This document shows, one piece after another, positions 37,441-50,979 of a stretch of 64,000 nt of DNA. The stretch comes from Amphiscolops sp. MND2022 (Eukaryota). The stretch lies in contig OZ076409.1 of NCBI GenBank assembly GCA_964187785.1, positions 14,200,001 through 14,264,000 of the forward strand, read 5' to 3'. The position numbers and the translations under genes were made by a program. Below the pieces are notes generated by a model that was given only the letters and a program-made list of their open reading frames with translations, did no database searches and was not told the DNA's origin. How positions within the stretch are numbered: the stretch's first letter is position 1; every line of letters begins with the position of its first letter.

Positions 37441-40400
37441 ATCGTTTCTCCTGTCAAGTCTACCAACTTATTCTTTCTGACCAGGTTCTTTTTCGTTGCA
37501 CAATCTTCAAGTGTCCTGCCTGAAAGGGGCTGCGCTCACTTGAAATCATTATGTATTTATATCAAATTTTTGTGACTTGCCTGAACAAGGCTGTGCTCAA
37601 TCAAAGAAAAACTTTGTTTCGTTCAAATTGAAGACTTGAAGAGACTCATAGCTTCTCGAAAAGCTCATACAGGTTATCGTTACTCGTAAAAGCAATGACT
37701 TTGAAAGTTTCAAAAACAAGTCTGCTGAGGAAATTACCGCAGATGACAAAATCTTTTGGCGCCAACAATAATAGACACCACGAATGATAAATTGGCAGAA
37801 ATCGGCGAAATTAAGTTTAAAATTTGAAGCTATTGAGAATACTGATGAAGCATTAGAAGCCGAATTGCTTAAACAAGATGAAATATGAACACAAGTGAAA
37901 TCTCTGTTGAAAAGCATCCAAAAATGGATAACAAATCACAACTCGGATGTTGATGAAACAACATCAATTGACTCGAATCACCGTGATAACAATATCAAGC
38001 GCCCTCGAATATAATTACCGAAATTCGATGGGCAATATAAAGAATGGAAAACGTTTTCTTATTTGTTTAGGGAACTGTACACGAACATCCATCGTAACCT
38101 AATGTTCAGAAACCTTACTATTTGAAAGATGCTTTGAAAGGTGATGCTAAACGCATTCTTTCCCATTTGTCAACCACGGAAGCCAAATATGACGCTGCTA
38201 TTCAACAGTTGAAAAATCGCTATAACAATGAGTTTTTGATTGCCAAAGCACATTCAATAACACTTTCAAAATAAACTCGATAAAACAAGACAGCGCTGAA
38301 TGTCTTCGAAACCTCATAAGAGATTTCAACGAAAATGAAATGGCTCTTAGTACCTTGCGGATTGTTACCAAGGGTTCTGATTTCGTTTGGGTAGACATAC
38401 TATTAGACAAACTTGATACCGAGACTGCTTGTGAGTGGCAGTTGAGTAATACCGATGGAAAACTACAATCGATGCATCAATTGAGAAAGTTTCTCGAGCG
38501 CCGTGCCCGTGCTTTGGAAACATTTGGTCGGTCAACGGACGAATCACGAGAGACAACAGAGATAGATAAACTCAAAGAAGGCGTGCCAAAGCAACCAGTC
38601 TAATTCCCTCAGCTGTCCGCCGTCCAACAAATCACATCGCATTTACACATGTCCAAGTTTCCTTGCCCTGTCAATCACCGATTAAAGAGCTAAACAGCTC
38701 AGTGTCTGCTTCAATTGTCTGAAGCAAGGTCATGGTATCAAAACATGTACCTCCAAGAAGCTCTGTCAAACATGTAATAGAAAACACAACACTCTACTGC
38801 ATCGTAAGCCCACTGAAGCTGGTTCGACCCACTTCATGAAAAACGATGATGCAGCAGAACAGCAACTTCAGTTTTCTGGACACAACGAGCGAAAACTAGC
38901 TATGCAACTCTAATTGCGACTACAATAGTATCCATTCTGACTTCCGAAAACAATTCTGTTCAATGACGAGCCCTTTTAGATAGTGGTTCTCGACTCAGTT
39001 TCATAACTGAAATTTAGCTTCTTATCTCAATTTGGATAGAGCGTCGCTTGGACAGTAATCCTGAATTTCAGCAACGATATGTAGTCTTCATTGTTGAGTT
39101 CACTTCACACGAGCATATGGAAGTCGTAACGGAAAGCGAAGTAAAGAAACCTGATAATGAAGTCTATTATCTACCCCATCACTATGTTTCTAAAGAAGAT
39201 TCGACCACCACCAATCTAAGAGTAGTATTTGATAGTTCCGCTAAAACATCAAAAGGAGTTTACTTGAATGAGAGCTTTGTGGTCGGTTCCGTTTCAAGCC
39301 CATAGCGCCTTCGACGGACATTATGGAAAAAGATCGTCGCTGCACTTGATGCCCCAGACAAAGACTTCCATCGTCTTCTATGGAGGAACAGGAAGCATGA
39401 CTGAATCAAACACATGAGAATGAAACGCGTGACTTACGGAATTGCTTCTTTCATTCCACTCGCTGCCTTAAAGAAGTTGCTCTCCGGACCAAAAAATTTG
39501 CAGTTGCAGATGCGCTCAACAATTCGTTTTACGTCGATGACTTCCTGGGTGGTTCTGAGATTTAGGAAGCACGGAAATTAACGAAGGATTCATGCAATGA
39601 ATTTTCTTCTTTCGGTTTTGAGCTTGAAAAGTGGACTTCTTGCAACCACTTCTCGAAGAAACTAATCAGAGTTTTCGTACTGGTTTTGAAAGATCAAAAG
39701 CAACTTCCGAGGTCTTCGAATCCTCTTTGACCATGTACCTTTGATCTTTGGCCGTTTCCATGAAGATACTCTTCATGGTGGGGGCCACTTAACACATGCT
39801 GCTATCAGAGAGCATTACTGGATACTTAGTGTAAAACCACTTATCAACAAATACATTCGAAATTGTATCAAATATGCAAGTTATTCCTTGAAGCCACCGT
39901 TTCAGCTAATGACTGAATTCCCTGGTGAGCGAGTTACCCCAGACATTTTTCCCAATGGGGCCTTAACTTTGCTGCCGCTATCATTACTAAATTAACAGGA
40001 ATGAATGGTTAGAAAAGATACGTCGCTCAATTTATCAGCTTTGGAACCAGGGCAGAACATCTCGAATTGGCATCGAACTTGACAAAAGAAGCCTGCATTA
40101 TGGCACTAAAAACACTGTCATCGAGGCACGGTATTCCAGCAATGTTTTATAGTGACAATTGTTTGAATTTTATCGGAGCCAGAAATTACCTCACGAATAT
40201 AAAAAAATCCTCACAGGAAGAGACGATAATCGGCTATTCTCCTTTTTAAACCAATAAGGCTGTGAATGGGTGACAATTCTTATCAGAGCTCCACACTTTG
40301 GTGGTTTATGGTTACCAGCTGTGAAGTCCATGAAAAGACATTTACGGCTAGCAGCGAGACAGCAAGAACTCAGCAATGAGGGACTACAAACAGTTCTTCA

Positions 40401-40451
40401 TTTGATTGAAGCCATTTTGAACTCAAGACCATTACCACCATTGTCAAACGA

Positions 40452-40956
40452 GGGTTAGGGACAATTTCCCGAAAGACAGTTTGCCGAAACCCAATTTGCC
40501 GAACGTGAAGGACTATTTTTCGAATATTTTTCCAGCAAATTGTCTTTTTGAATTTGCCGATTTTTGCAGGGACAATTTGACGAACTTGTGTGGCTGTCGG
40601 ATATGCCCTAATTTCCTCTAGTGCCCCGCGGCCCCTTGGGGCCGTTTATGTTCGAACAGGAGCAAAGACCTAGCGGGAACGGAGATCCCGATGCGATCGT
40701 AGTGGGAGCTTGTCCTTGCGACGGTGAAGGCGAGCGTGCATACAACGTATATGATCCCAAATTAGGTGGGGAGAAGTACCTAATCTATTTTAAACGCTTC
40801 GCAGGGGCAAAAACCGGATACGGGACATTTTGCCGAAAAACAATTTGCCGAAACCCAATTTGCCGAAGTTGAAGGACAATTTGCCGAAAATTATTCGGGA
40901 AATTGTCCCTGAGTCAATTTTCGGCAAATTGTTTTTCGGCAAAGTGTCCCGTATCC
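40452..40956. mobile_element. MITE B (tttgccgaa-arm family, core type II), Mutator-like
   Basis: Perfect 9-bp TSD GTCAAACGA (40443-40451 and 40957-40965). Termini gggttagggaca / tgtcccgtatcc; 40816-40956 is a foldback. Confidence 0.85.
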
Positions 40957-41170
40957 GTCAAACGACCTCAATGACTTGATTCCTCTATCCCCGGCACACT
41001 TCTTATTCGGTGGCTGCTTTCATCCGATGGTATGAGATGATGCTCAAATACCGCTGATACTAAATTCCATCTTCTACAGCAAATCCAGAAAGACTTCTGT
41101 CTCCTGGAAACGCGACTACCTAGTGACCTTTCAAGTGAGAAAGGAATGGCTCATCAATGGTCCAGAAATT

Positions 41171-41519
41171 GGGTGGCTGTAAATAGGTCGAATTTTTCTG
41201 GTCGAAAGGACAGAGGTCGAACCTTTTGATCGAATTGCAGGGATCGAATGGGATGCGGTCGAATTTTATCGTATTTGTTGTATGGCTCGATCGCTTCGCT
41301 CCCTTCGCCAAGTAGCAACATTGAGGCATAGCCCTATGGCACGTCGCTCCGCTTCGCTTCGCTCCTGCATTCAGAGCACTAGGGGTATGTGAACATATCT
41401 GACTACGTTATAAAAATTTCGATCCGAGTTGTTTCGATCCCATTCAAAAATTTGGTATGTCGACCTGAGGACTAACTCTGATTTTGGATCCCGTTCCTTT
41501 GACCTATTTCCGCCCACCC
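41171..41519. mobile_element. MITE C (ggtcga-arm family, core type I inverted), Mutator-like
   Basis: TIR gggtggctgtaaataggtc / gacctatttccgcccaccc; 9-bp TSD ccagaaatt / ccagaaatc. Confidence 0.85.
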
Positions 41520-41531
41520 CCAGAAATCAAT

Positions 41532-44309
41532 GGTAAATGGTCACTTGGCTTAATGCCATTTGGCTTAAAGTCATTTGGATAAATACAATTGGCCACTTAG
41601 CCTAATTTTTTTTAGGCTAAGTGTCTCGGGTATTGGTCACTTGACTTAAAGTCATTTGACTTAAAACCACTCAGTTGAAAACACGTGGCAGATTTTGTCG
41701 AATTTACTTTATAACGTAGTCAGCGTATTATTATAACATGTCATATCAAGTACCCCTCGGATATGTCCCCATTTCCTCTAGTGCCCTGCGGCCCCTTGGG
41801 GCCGCTTATATTCCCATCTTGCTAAGCGAGGTCGAACAGGAGCAAAGACTTAGCGGGAACGAAGATCACGAAGCGATCATAGTGGGAGCTGGTCTTTGCG
41901 TGCATACACCGCATGTGCCCCACATTATGATATTTCCGGGAGTTGACATATTTATTCTTTGAGTTGGAATGGAGTTGGCTTAATTTTGTGGTCACTTGGC
42001 TTAATAATTTTAAGCCAAATGACTCGACGAAAAAATTAAGCCAAATGGTAATAAGCCAAGTGACTGGTAAGCCTTAGAAAGGACCTTCCGGTTTGAAAGC
42101 TTGAGCTAGCGACGCTTGGACTTGAATTCAAGCCCTAAATATGGGCTTGAGCTTGAGCTTGAAATATATCTCAGGGATTGATATCTGAGCTTGAAAACAA
42201 AACGTGTCTAAATAGATCAAATGTTGCGCTTTTCAACTGGTAACAACTCTTACACAGAAAACAAACCTAGAACAAATGAATTCAAAATTTCAAGTTAAAT
42301 CAAAAAACTAATTATTCTTGGCAAGGAACACGTTTCTGGCGTAATGTTCATTACTCATTCTGCATTGTAGGAAGTTCTTGGAGATTCTGCACAGTGAAAA
42401 CAACCTTTCCGTGTCACATGATGTCGGTATAAAGTTTTTCATATACAATCTGACGTCAAAGGTTATTGGCTTGTTGAGTTAATAGAAACTCGTTTAAAGG
42501 TAAAACATGGCTTGGAACGTACGAATGGTCATCTGAAGAGAAAGGAACTGTTGAGTTGAGGCTTGAAGCAAATTCATAATCCTGTTTTGTGAACTCGTTT
42601 GGTAAATTATCGGGACTGAAAATTGCGTTAACGACAGGGTTGTTGTCAACCCATTTAGATAAGGTGTCGTGCACGGGTGAATTCAGCACTGGTTCAGCAG
42701 ATTTGATATGGCGAAGGTATTTGATCACTGATTTAGCCGTCTGGACATCTGCATTACCTTATTGCAACAATAATGCACTTTCTTTCGAAGGACGGAGGAT
42801 TTTAATGCAACGTTCCAGCGAATGCCAGTCATAATCCTCTAAATCAGAAGGAAACATAATTTCAAGAAATGGGCGTAGTAGTTGGAAACGAACCAGCATG
42901 TCCAACAGTGAATTCCAACGGGTCGTATTGTCAAGAATAACACCCAGAACAGGTTTTTCCATGGCACGTTGGAACGAGCTCAATTTGTCTCGTTGCTTAG
43001 GTGAATTATGAACAGTGTGAACAGTTTTACGAGCGATACGAATTGCGTCCATATAATCATTACTCAAACTCAAAAACTCCGACTGAGAGGATTCGGATTC
43101 ACTCTCCGAATTGTAATCCCAATCGTTCTCATTAGGAGCAGCTTCTTCGTCAGTAGGAAGACTAATAACTTTTTTGGCAATGAGGTTAATAACATGTGTC
43201 AAACAAGGAAAGTTGAACCAACCGCATAACGTGGATGCGGCATTTACGTCTGCACCAGAGTCTGTTACAGCAATTCTGATATCTGAGGGTATGAGATTGA
43301 ATGCCTTCAGCAAATTTTTAATGTTCACAGCAATTTCCTCACTTCCGCAGAAACCTTCATAGGGTACTATTCCTAAGGCTATCGCCTTAGATTGAACATA
43401 CAAATATACACCGATAAACTTCTTTTGGTCGACAGATGTCCACTTGTCAAATGAATTTACTGGAGGCTGCTTTGCATCACGACTCGAAATAAATGCCTGA
43501 ACTTTATGGTGCAAAAATTGATACTCTTCGTCTAATGATTTATTTAGGCTGTAAGTTGAAACGTGATCAAAAATCATCCGCTTGAACCATTTCTGCAGTA
43601 TTGGAGACTTAGTAACCCTGTTTCACTGAAATTCTGTCTTCGTAAACCAGTGTAGCAACTTCCGAATGGCCTTTTGCTGCGCATCTGTTTGTTTGAATTT
43701 TAGGAAACGAAATTTCATGTTGGTCGTAAGTTCGTTTCCTGGTTCGATTTACGTTGGTTTGGCATTTTTGCCAAGGTCTCTTCGTAGAACTTGTACCAGA
43801 ATTCACACTTGAAACCTTCTCACCACATGTAATACACTTTCGTTTTGCAGTTTTCATTCCTTTGACGTAGGCAACAAGAGAATATTTAATTATTTCCGTC
43901 TTAGTGCTGGGATTTTTCCTCCACTCCATAATGTCCTTAACTGAGTTCACTGGGGATGTACCTTCAACTTCCACGCAATCAAGACGATTTTCGTCCATTA
44001 TTTACCTAAAACAATACATTTGTCCAAAGTAACGTATAATTTCAAAGTTTTAGAGTAACTTATAAAAACTAAGAGCTACATAAGTCGAATGAATTTACAA
44101 ATGAATATGCATTGTCAGCAGAAGGACGAATAACTTTTTTGGCAATGAGAATTTCTAGGCTTGATTTTGAGCTTGAATTGGGTTAAAAATTTCTATGCTT
44201 GCCTTTGAGCTTGACTTGAAACAAAAAAGCGTGAGCTCAAGCTTGAACGGCAGAAGCTTTGGCTTGAGCTTGGAAGCTTGAGCTTGGCTTGAAAACCCTG
44301 CTGGTAACC
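41532..44309. mobile_element. MITE D (ttggctt-arm family, core type II) with a hAT inserted in its right TIR
   Basis: Perfect 9-bp TSD GAAATCAAT (41523-41531 and 44310-44318); arms like those of 18438-18909. Confidence 0.85.
42072..44300 (-). mobile_element. hAT DNA transposon with disrupted transposase (~42308-43998)
   Basis: BED finger CITC..GTSS, FDKWTS, VTDSGADV, CLTHVINL, TRWNSLLDML and PTSCDTERLFS. End CAGGGTTTTCAAG, gcttga subterminal repeats, TSD ctggtaag / ctggtaac; the other TIR is eroded. Confidence 0.9.
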
Positions 44310-46306
44310 GAAATCAATCACATTGACCTGGTGCGTTTAGCCGAAGATAATCTCCAACCACTCCAGTGGAAAACTGGCTGAATAGTCGCGTTATACCTGG
44401 AAATGAAAATGTTACACGGGTTGTTAAACTGAAAACATCAGGAAAATTGATGAAACCAGTTATAAAACTTAGAAGGTTGCCCTTGATCCTTAGATATTTA
44501 ATTCCAAATTTGATGTTAATCAAAGGGTAGCGTATGTTGATAAGAATTGTTGAGATTTGTTCAAATGATATCTTTCACTTTTCATGTTTCCATTTGTAAA
44601 ATGTGTTCATGAATTGTTTCACCGCTCTGACTTTTGTAGCATTGGTTTTTGTGAAAACATACAATGAAGTCAACCTCTCAAAAGTTTTGCTATCTAGCTA
44701 TAGCACCCAGTTTGAGCAACTGCCCAAGCAGCAGAATTTGAACACCCATCTTGCTAAGCGAGGTCGAACAGGAGCGAAGACCTAGCGGGAACGGAGATCG
44801 CGAAGCGATCGTAGTGAGAGCTGGTCTTTACGACGATGAAGGTGATCGTGCAAACACCGTATATGACCCCATATTAGGTGGAGGAAAGTACTGAAAATAT
44901 TTTAAACGCGTTTAGACGTTATTCCTCCGTAGACGTTATTCCTGTTCTCCGTATTTCGTTTTGGATTTTTAGCCTTTAGAGGACGGTTCCGGTGACAGTG
45001 TTGTCGCCAAACGTCCGCAGCCATATTCTCGCCGAAACGTCCAAAATCTGTTTTTTTTTCGTTGCTACTGGGATAGTGGCTGGTATGGTGTTTCCTTTCG
45101 TTGCAGAGCACGGGTGTGTGTCTTCTCCCCCGACATGATGACACTTGATTGATGAAGATCCATGATATCTGATAGTGAAAAAAAACTAAAGAAAAGAGTA
45201 AAAAAGAATACGGAAGGACCCAAAATGAAGGAGCGAGACGTGCCATTACTTGATTATCCGCTGGTTTTAACGGCTAGTCATCCCATGTAGACTTCAACCT
45301 AAGAGATGTCTTCTGACAGCAATTTCCGAGATATTTCATAGCTTGTAATTTTCCTGCTTTCAATCTTGCGTTATAATCTTCACTTATAATGGCAATAATT
45401 AATGGCTCGGCCCTGCTGCTGAATCGACTGTTGCTTCACGTTCTTAGAAGTGACTTCATGGGTTCTTGAGTTTCTGAGATCATGTTTGATTACATTTTGC
45501 CACAGAATTCACAGCGCTTTTTTAGTTGAACGATGGCTCTTTTTAGAAAATTGTAATAGCTCTTTGTAAATATATGATAGAACGTCGTTTGTTTATTGTC
45601 TCTTAGTCATCAAACTTTGGAATTCTTCAGATATTCCCTATGTATGGCATCGAAATTGGTGAATCATGACTACAAATTATAAATAGCGTGCTCAGTCTGT
45701 TGATGTTTGATGATTTGTCACTACTGATTCAAACTTGAATTTCGTCACATTCGAAAATTCACAAAACCTTTCACTCATCCAACGAAGATATTCATTTTGA
45801 AGTTTACTTGGGTATGAGTTCAGTCGAAAGTTATTATCATGGCGCCCATTCCAGTGGCTATGAAGGTTAGTAGATGATTTCATCTAATTCTTAATTTATA
45901 GCTACTATATTTTAGTTAATCAGTCACAAATATTTTTCATCAATGCTAAAACCATTTTTTTAACTCAATCTAAACATGACAAAGTTCCGCAGTGGCTCGA
46001 CGGTACTTTTCTTATCCACGGAAAAGCGATGACAGAACTATCAGGACGTTCTCAGGCAAAGTAACGTGCCTGGCCAAAATCAATTCATCAAAATATTGTA
46101 CGTGTATTTATCCTCGAACATGAAATAGTTGCTGAAACGTTGAATAGGAAAAAATGAAAAGTATGGCGTTGATAAACGTAATGCATGGCAGTGCATGAAA
46201 CCAAACAACTAGTTTACTTGTTCGCCAGTCTTCGCATCTTCACTGGATCTTCAATTTGACTTGAAGAAAAATTGTCCTGTCAAATCTTAGTTTTCTGGAG
46301 AAAACT

Positions 46307-46781
46307 AACAAGACGGGAACGTCCCAAGTCGGCGCCATATCTAAGGCTCGAAAATATTCAAGGAACAACTATTGGAAACATTTGGATTTTTTTCAAAAAA
46401 TGTATTTGGTTAAAAAAGTCGCACAATGCCGAAAAACCCAAAAAGAGGTCATTTAGGCTCAATAAACGTTTTTTACAAACCTGAAACTTCAAAAAAATGC
46501 AAGGGGTACCCTTTGATAAAATTCGAAAATTTTCTTAAAAAAGTCGCATAGCGCCGAAAAAACCCAAAGGGGGACCCTTTGGTCTCACTTGTACATTTAG
46601 CAGCATAAAAAATTATGGTTTAGTGCGAGAATCGAACCCACGCTCTCCGGGTTCAGAAAATTGGTCGAAGTTGAACAAATTGTAAAAAGTGGACCACTCA
46701 GAGTGAGATTGTCAACTTTACAAAGCTACTTACTGTAGTAGTCGGGCTTCTTTCCTTAAGGGAAAAGGCGCCGACTAAAAA
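46307..46781 (-). mobile_element. Non-autonomous Helentron/DINE-like element
   Basis: agtcggcgcc / ggcgccgact subterminal inverted repeat, hairpin at 46740-46776, small stem gggaacgtccc at the other end, A/T-run termini. Confidence 0.6.
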
Positions 46782-47958
46782 CAAATGAATTGGGTCCAAA
46801 GTGGAACAAATCCTAGCCTCTCACAAATTTAACAAGCTCGTTTGGGTCACCTTGGACACAGATTTTGAGCAAGATGCTCTCTCGAACTAGTTGTTTACCA
46901 CTAATCGATGAATCGCTAAGATAGCATAAATTCCCGCGGCAAAAACATTTTCTCCAAAAAACGTCTTACAATTTTTTTACCAAAGTCGCTACAACTAATT
47001 GGTAACCACAAAACGCAACGTTTCAAATATTTGTCAACAAAAGTGTCACAACATCCCTGTAACGGCTGCTTGCCCTTATCCTGCGCTGAGGCTTGACAAG
47101 CTTTACGCCGCCCTGATCCGTTGCTTAGTGCTGTGGACCGTCACTAAGCAATTCCTGGTTTCTTGCTTTAAAGGACTGTATCTTTTGACTGGTGGGTCCG
47201 ATGTGACCCGTGGAATCTCCTGCGATCCCTCTTTGCACTGAATTGGATCCGATATGATCCTGCACACACTTCCCTCACTGTATCTTCACGCGCTCCGGCT
47301 CTCCAACTATGAGAGTAGCTACTTAGTCGCTCTGACTCCAGCGAAAAGTTGTGAAGATTGAGAAGTAGATTAATTAGTCTCGCGGTCCTGAGACCCAACT
47401 TGACTATAGCTATACAGTGGAGAAAATCTCTCTCTACTAAAGGTATACATATGGTTTACAATTCTACAGTAAATATAAGCAAATATCAGTTGAAATATGT
47501 TGTATAAATAAATGACATTTAAAGCATAAAATGAAGTTATTGGCTAAGTAAACAAAGAATGTGGTGGTTTTGGCATGTTGGTTAGGTGGGTTAGAAAGTA
47601 TGTTTACACAATGTAAACATCATTAATTGCAACAGAGTTACGTTTCCTTCAAGGTCATATGAGAAAATCACATAATAATTAATACATCAAATTTGGGTAA
47701 TTCATGGGGTCCGACCTAGGTCACTTTGGGTGTTAATTGCTCTGAACCCAGGGGCGATACGGGGTAGGTTGGTTCGAGTGAAAAGTTAGGGGAACACCAC
47801 CACTATATGTGTGCCAAGTTTCAAGGTTGTTGAAAGAGTGGTTCGTCGGGACGGGGGGGGGGTGGTGTTTTTTTGGGATGCACCATTTCTGATGAGACTT
47901 GTAATTTTCCAACTAAAATCTTGACAAAATTTCTAAGAGATTTGAGTTATAAGTTTCA

Positions 47959-50714
47959 TCAGTCACGTTCGAATTTGAGTTTCTGATCTCGCAATTGACT
48001 GGCGCCAACATTGCCGGCCCTGTTTTTCTCCTGAAAAACACTTTCGTAGAACATGGGTGCCAGTTTCACTACTTGTCTTTTGAGTTTTCCATCTTCCGTT
48101 TTCACCAGTGCTGATCTCACTCGCCCATCGCTTCCATGAAAGACTTCTAACACTCGCCCCATCTTGTAGTGTGCTCTTTTCACATTTTCATCCACAATCC
48201 AAACCAAATCATTGACTCCCAGTTGTCGAACGTCTTCTTTGTTCCATTTTCCGAAAGATTCAAGTTGCATCATCATTTCTTCCCATGATACAGCCGGCCC
48301 TATGAAAGGCCCATTTTCCGAACTTGTTGTAGTTTGTGCTTTTGAAGAATCCAATTGCGTTTCCATTAGCGATATTTCGTCTGCAAATTTATCTATCACA
48401 ATCTTAGCATATAGGATGCCAGTTGTCAATTGAACACTTTCAACCATTCCATGTAATAGGTTTGAGGTGTGTTCAAACTTCCAAGCTCGTTTCTTCGGTC
48501 GCTTGCGTTGGCTTTTGCTCAATTGAGTTTTATCCATGCCGTTAGCCTGTGCCACCGCGTCCATCCCAGAGTTTCCATTACCAATCCGAGGGTTCCACTC
48601 ATTGTTATTACTCGGGATAGTTTCTTCTACAAGGCTTACTTTGAAGTCAACATCAAATTTCTCTCCAAAGGTTGCAATCACGGTACGTGTTTCACATTTA
48701 GCATTGCATTCAACGGGTTTGTCATGTTTTGCTGCAACATGGCATAGTTTTCGATACATTGCTTCTTCATTACAATCATCAAGCAGTGCAAATTGTTGCT
48801 CATGCACAAATCCATAACTTTTGTCGAATTCAAAACATTTGTTTCCTTCTTCAAGAAGTAGAGTACTGTCATGAAGCATCGTCACTTCAAATATTTTCCC
48901 TTGCTGTACATCCTGTTGAACGGTGAAAACTTCTGCACTCTCTTGCAGCAGTTCACGTTGGACTCTCGATTCTCCCAAAGTTTGCTTGCTAGATGCGAAT
49001 GATAAGAATCTATGCTCCTTCCTTGTTTCCGCCATTGTGTGATTCAAGTTCTTTGTTTGACTTATCGAATGCTCACTCATGCCCAAGTGAATATCTTCTT
49101 CCAAAACCTGTTTGGTATCCACGAGGAGGGTTTCTGAACGGACGTCTTGCCGACCGTTGTCTACAATGAATGTTTCTGACAATTTCTGTATACATTCCGT
49201 TGTGATGAGCTGCGAGGTTCCTTGGTTTGCAAGTTTCACGTCTGGTTGTGATATTGCTTCTTTTCTGCACGTTCCGTCATCAGCTTGCTCATCGGCTTCT
49301 GTTGGAGATTTTGAGTCTCTCCTAAGCGCGGAGAACTTTCCTTCGTGAACTAATTTCACTGCATTCTCTGTTTTCGAATGAACTGATAGTGCAATATCGG
49401 CTGTTTTTGTCCTGTCCATGCATCTTGAGACTTCCGTGAAACTTTCGACTGATGAGACACTTCGGACACTAGACCCTTGTCTGCTCGATGCTTCCTCTAT
49501 TTCTCTTTCTTTTTCAGCTATTCTGGCTTTGCGGGCAAGCTGTTCATGCAAGTCAGCTATTTCCATTTGTATTGCTTCACGCTTCAGTTTCTCGAGTCGG
49601 GTTTGCAGTTCTTCTTGCTCTTTCTGAGCTTTTACTTTCAAATAAAGAACTCGTCTAGCAATTGAACTTTTCGAAACCACTGAGCTTCTGTTGCTTCTGG
49701 TTTCAACCAGTTTTGGATGTTTGCCCAGTTCCTCTATTTCCAATTGTCCAGTCTCGCTTCTTTGGCCTTGGACTTCATCCGATTTCTGATCTTCCGCTTT
49801 CTCTAATGCTAGAGGAAACAGTCGATCTCCATTAGACCACTTCGTGCTAACTGTTGGCCTGTTGTCCATCAGGATTGTTACGTCAGACACCTTACTGTTT
49901 TCTTCGAGTAGTGATGTCACATCGTTGATTGAGTTTTCCACTTCAGATATGCTGTCTCTCATACCACAGCAACTTTCTTGTTCCTTGGTCTTTCTTGACC
50001 GTGTCAGTGATTCCTTTTCACTAGCTGTTTCTTTTACACAATTGGGTTTTGCCTGATGGACACGTCTTTGCCTCAACTTTCTTGTGCGAGGGCATCTCAT
50101 AGCTGCGTCTGCAGATGTTCCATTTGTCATCTGACTCAGTTTCAACTCTTTTGTCCCATCAATTGGACACTTCAACATTTGCTGCACATCGGGGAACCAA
50201 TATCCCCAACTCGATTCCAGTTTCGCAAAGCATTGGTCCCATTCAGTCACACTTCGACTGAGCTGTCTTTGCGTTTCTTCATTCGTAAGACTCAACATAA
50301 AGTCTACACAGAACAGCAATGCCTGTCTTCTCTCGCGGTATTCAATTACCCGATCAATCAATTTGCTTTTGGATACAACAGCTCCTTCCTCATCGAGCTT
50401 GTCATCCAAGTCTTTACCAATGTATGGAGCTTTTTCACATGTAGGGGTACAATATCCCAATAGAGGCACCACGCGTACCAATCTGACGCATTTTCCAAAT
50501 CTTTCGGTCTGAGCTCCATCAGTTGTTGGCTCTGCTTTGTGTTTCTTCCTTCAAACACAATTGCCATTCGAGGGTGCTGCATCAGTTGCTTTTCTTTCTT
50601 TTTGGCTTTCATTTGTTCATATGACTCTTTTGTTTCACTGAGGGCTTTCGAACTTCGCAATTGTTTCTTGTAGGCTTTTTCACTTATCCCAACTTTGCAA
50701 TTTCTCAGATACAA
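47959..50714 (-). CDS. Coiled-coil gag-like protein fused to the BEL integrase C-terminal (DUF5641-like) tail
   Basis: 840-aa ORF plus a frameshifted upstream piece; ends DLVWIVDE..YKMGRVLEVFHGSDGRVRSALVKT..RQVVKLAP. No PR, RT, RNase H or DDE core. Confidence 0.75.
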
Positions 50715-50979
50715 AGTGTCAACTGCTCAATCCGGTAATCAATCGCCAATTCTTGAAGAATCAACCCAATACTGTCGATTATACTTGCCTTCGTTGACGA
50801 ACTTGATTGTTTCAGTGGATCATGTCCCTCTGACTTGATCCCTTTGCTTTACTTGGTGGATTTACTTGCAATGACGTCTTACACCAGATCTTTGCTTCAA
50901 TCAGGAATACGATCCCAAAGAATACAATTCGTCTCAAAAATAGAATTGATGCACAAACACCTCCAGAGTGCCGCTAAAG

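Larger units (their letters stand above)
36612..44744 (+). mobile_element. Old BEL/Pao LTR retrotransposon with internal deletions
   Basis: Diverged LTR pair ~36612-36823 and 44535-44744; PBS TGGTGACCC at 36829 (tRNA-Trp-like). LPKFDG gag, CFNC..H..C knuckles, LLDSGS, YLPHH..LRVVFDSS, SDN..NFIGA, PHFGGLW, and a DUF5641-like end at 44320-44490. Confidence 0.9.
36329..45048. mobile_element. MITE A (ggcgacagacgttt-arm family, core type II), split by the BEL insertion
   Basis: 15-bp subterminal repeats at 36337-36440; inverted right arm ends gccgaaacgtccaaaatc; both ends flanked by tgttttttt. The core continues across the BEL. Confidence 0.7.

Noticed and set aside
45135..45173. C/D-box-like ATGATGA...CTGA
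   Set aside because: Only about 40 nt, no terminal stem and no recognisable guide.
45050..46300. Possible host exons in the unique-looking sequence (also 17750-18430)
   Set aside because: No convincing ORF, motif or splice pattern; left unannotated.
46615..46660. tRNA-like B box (GGTTCGATTC on the minus strand)
   Set aside because: No complete cloverleaf; at most a tRNA-derived remnant inside a repeat.
47889..47930. CTGATGAG hammerhead-like core in the BEL LTR
   Set aside because: No matching GAAA or stem architecture found.
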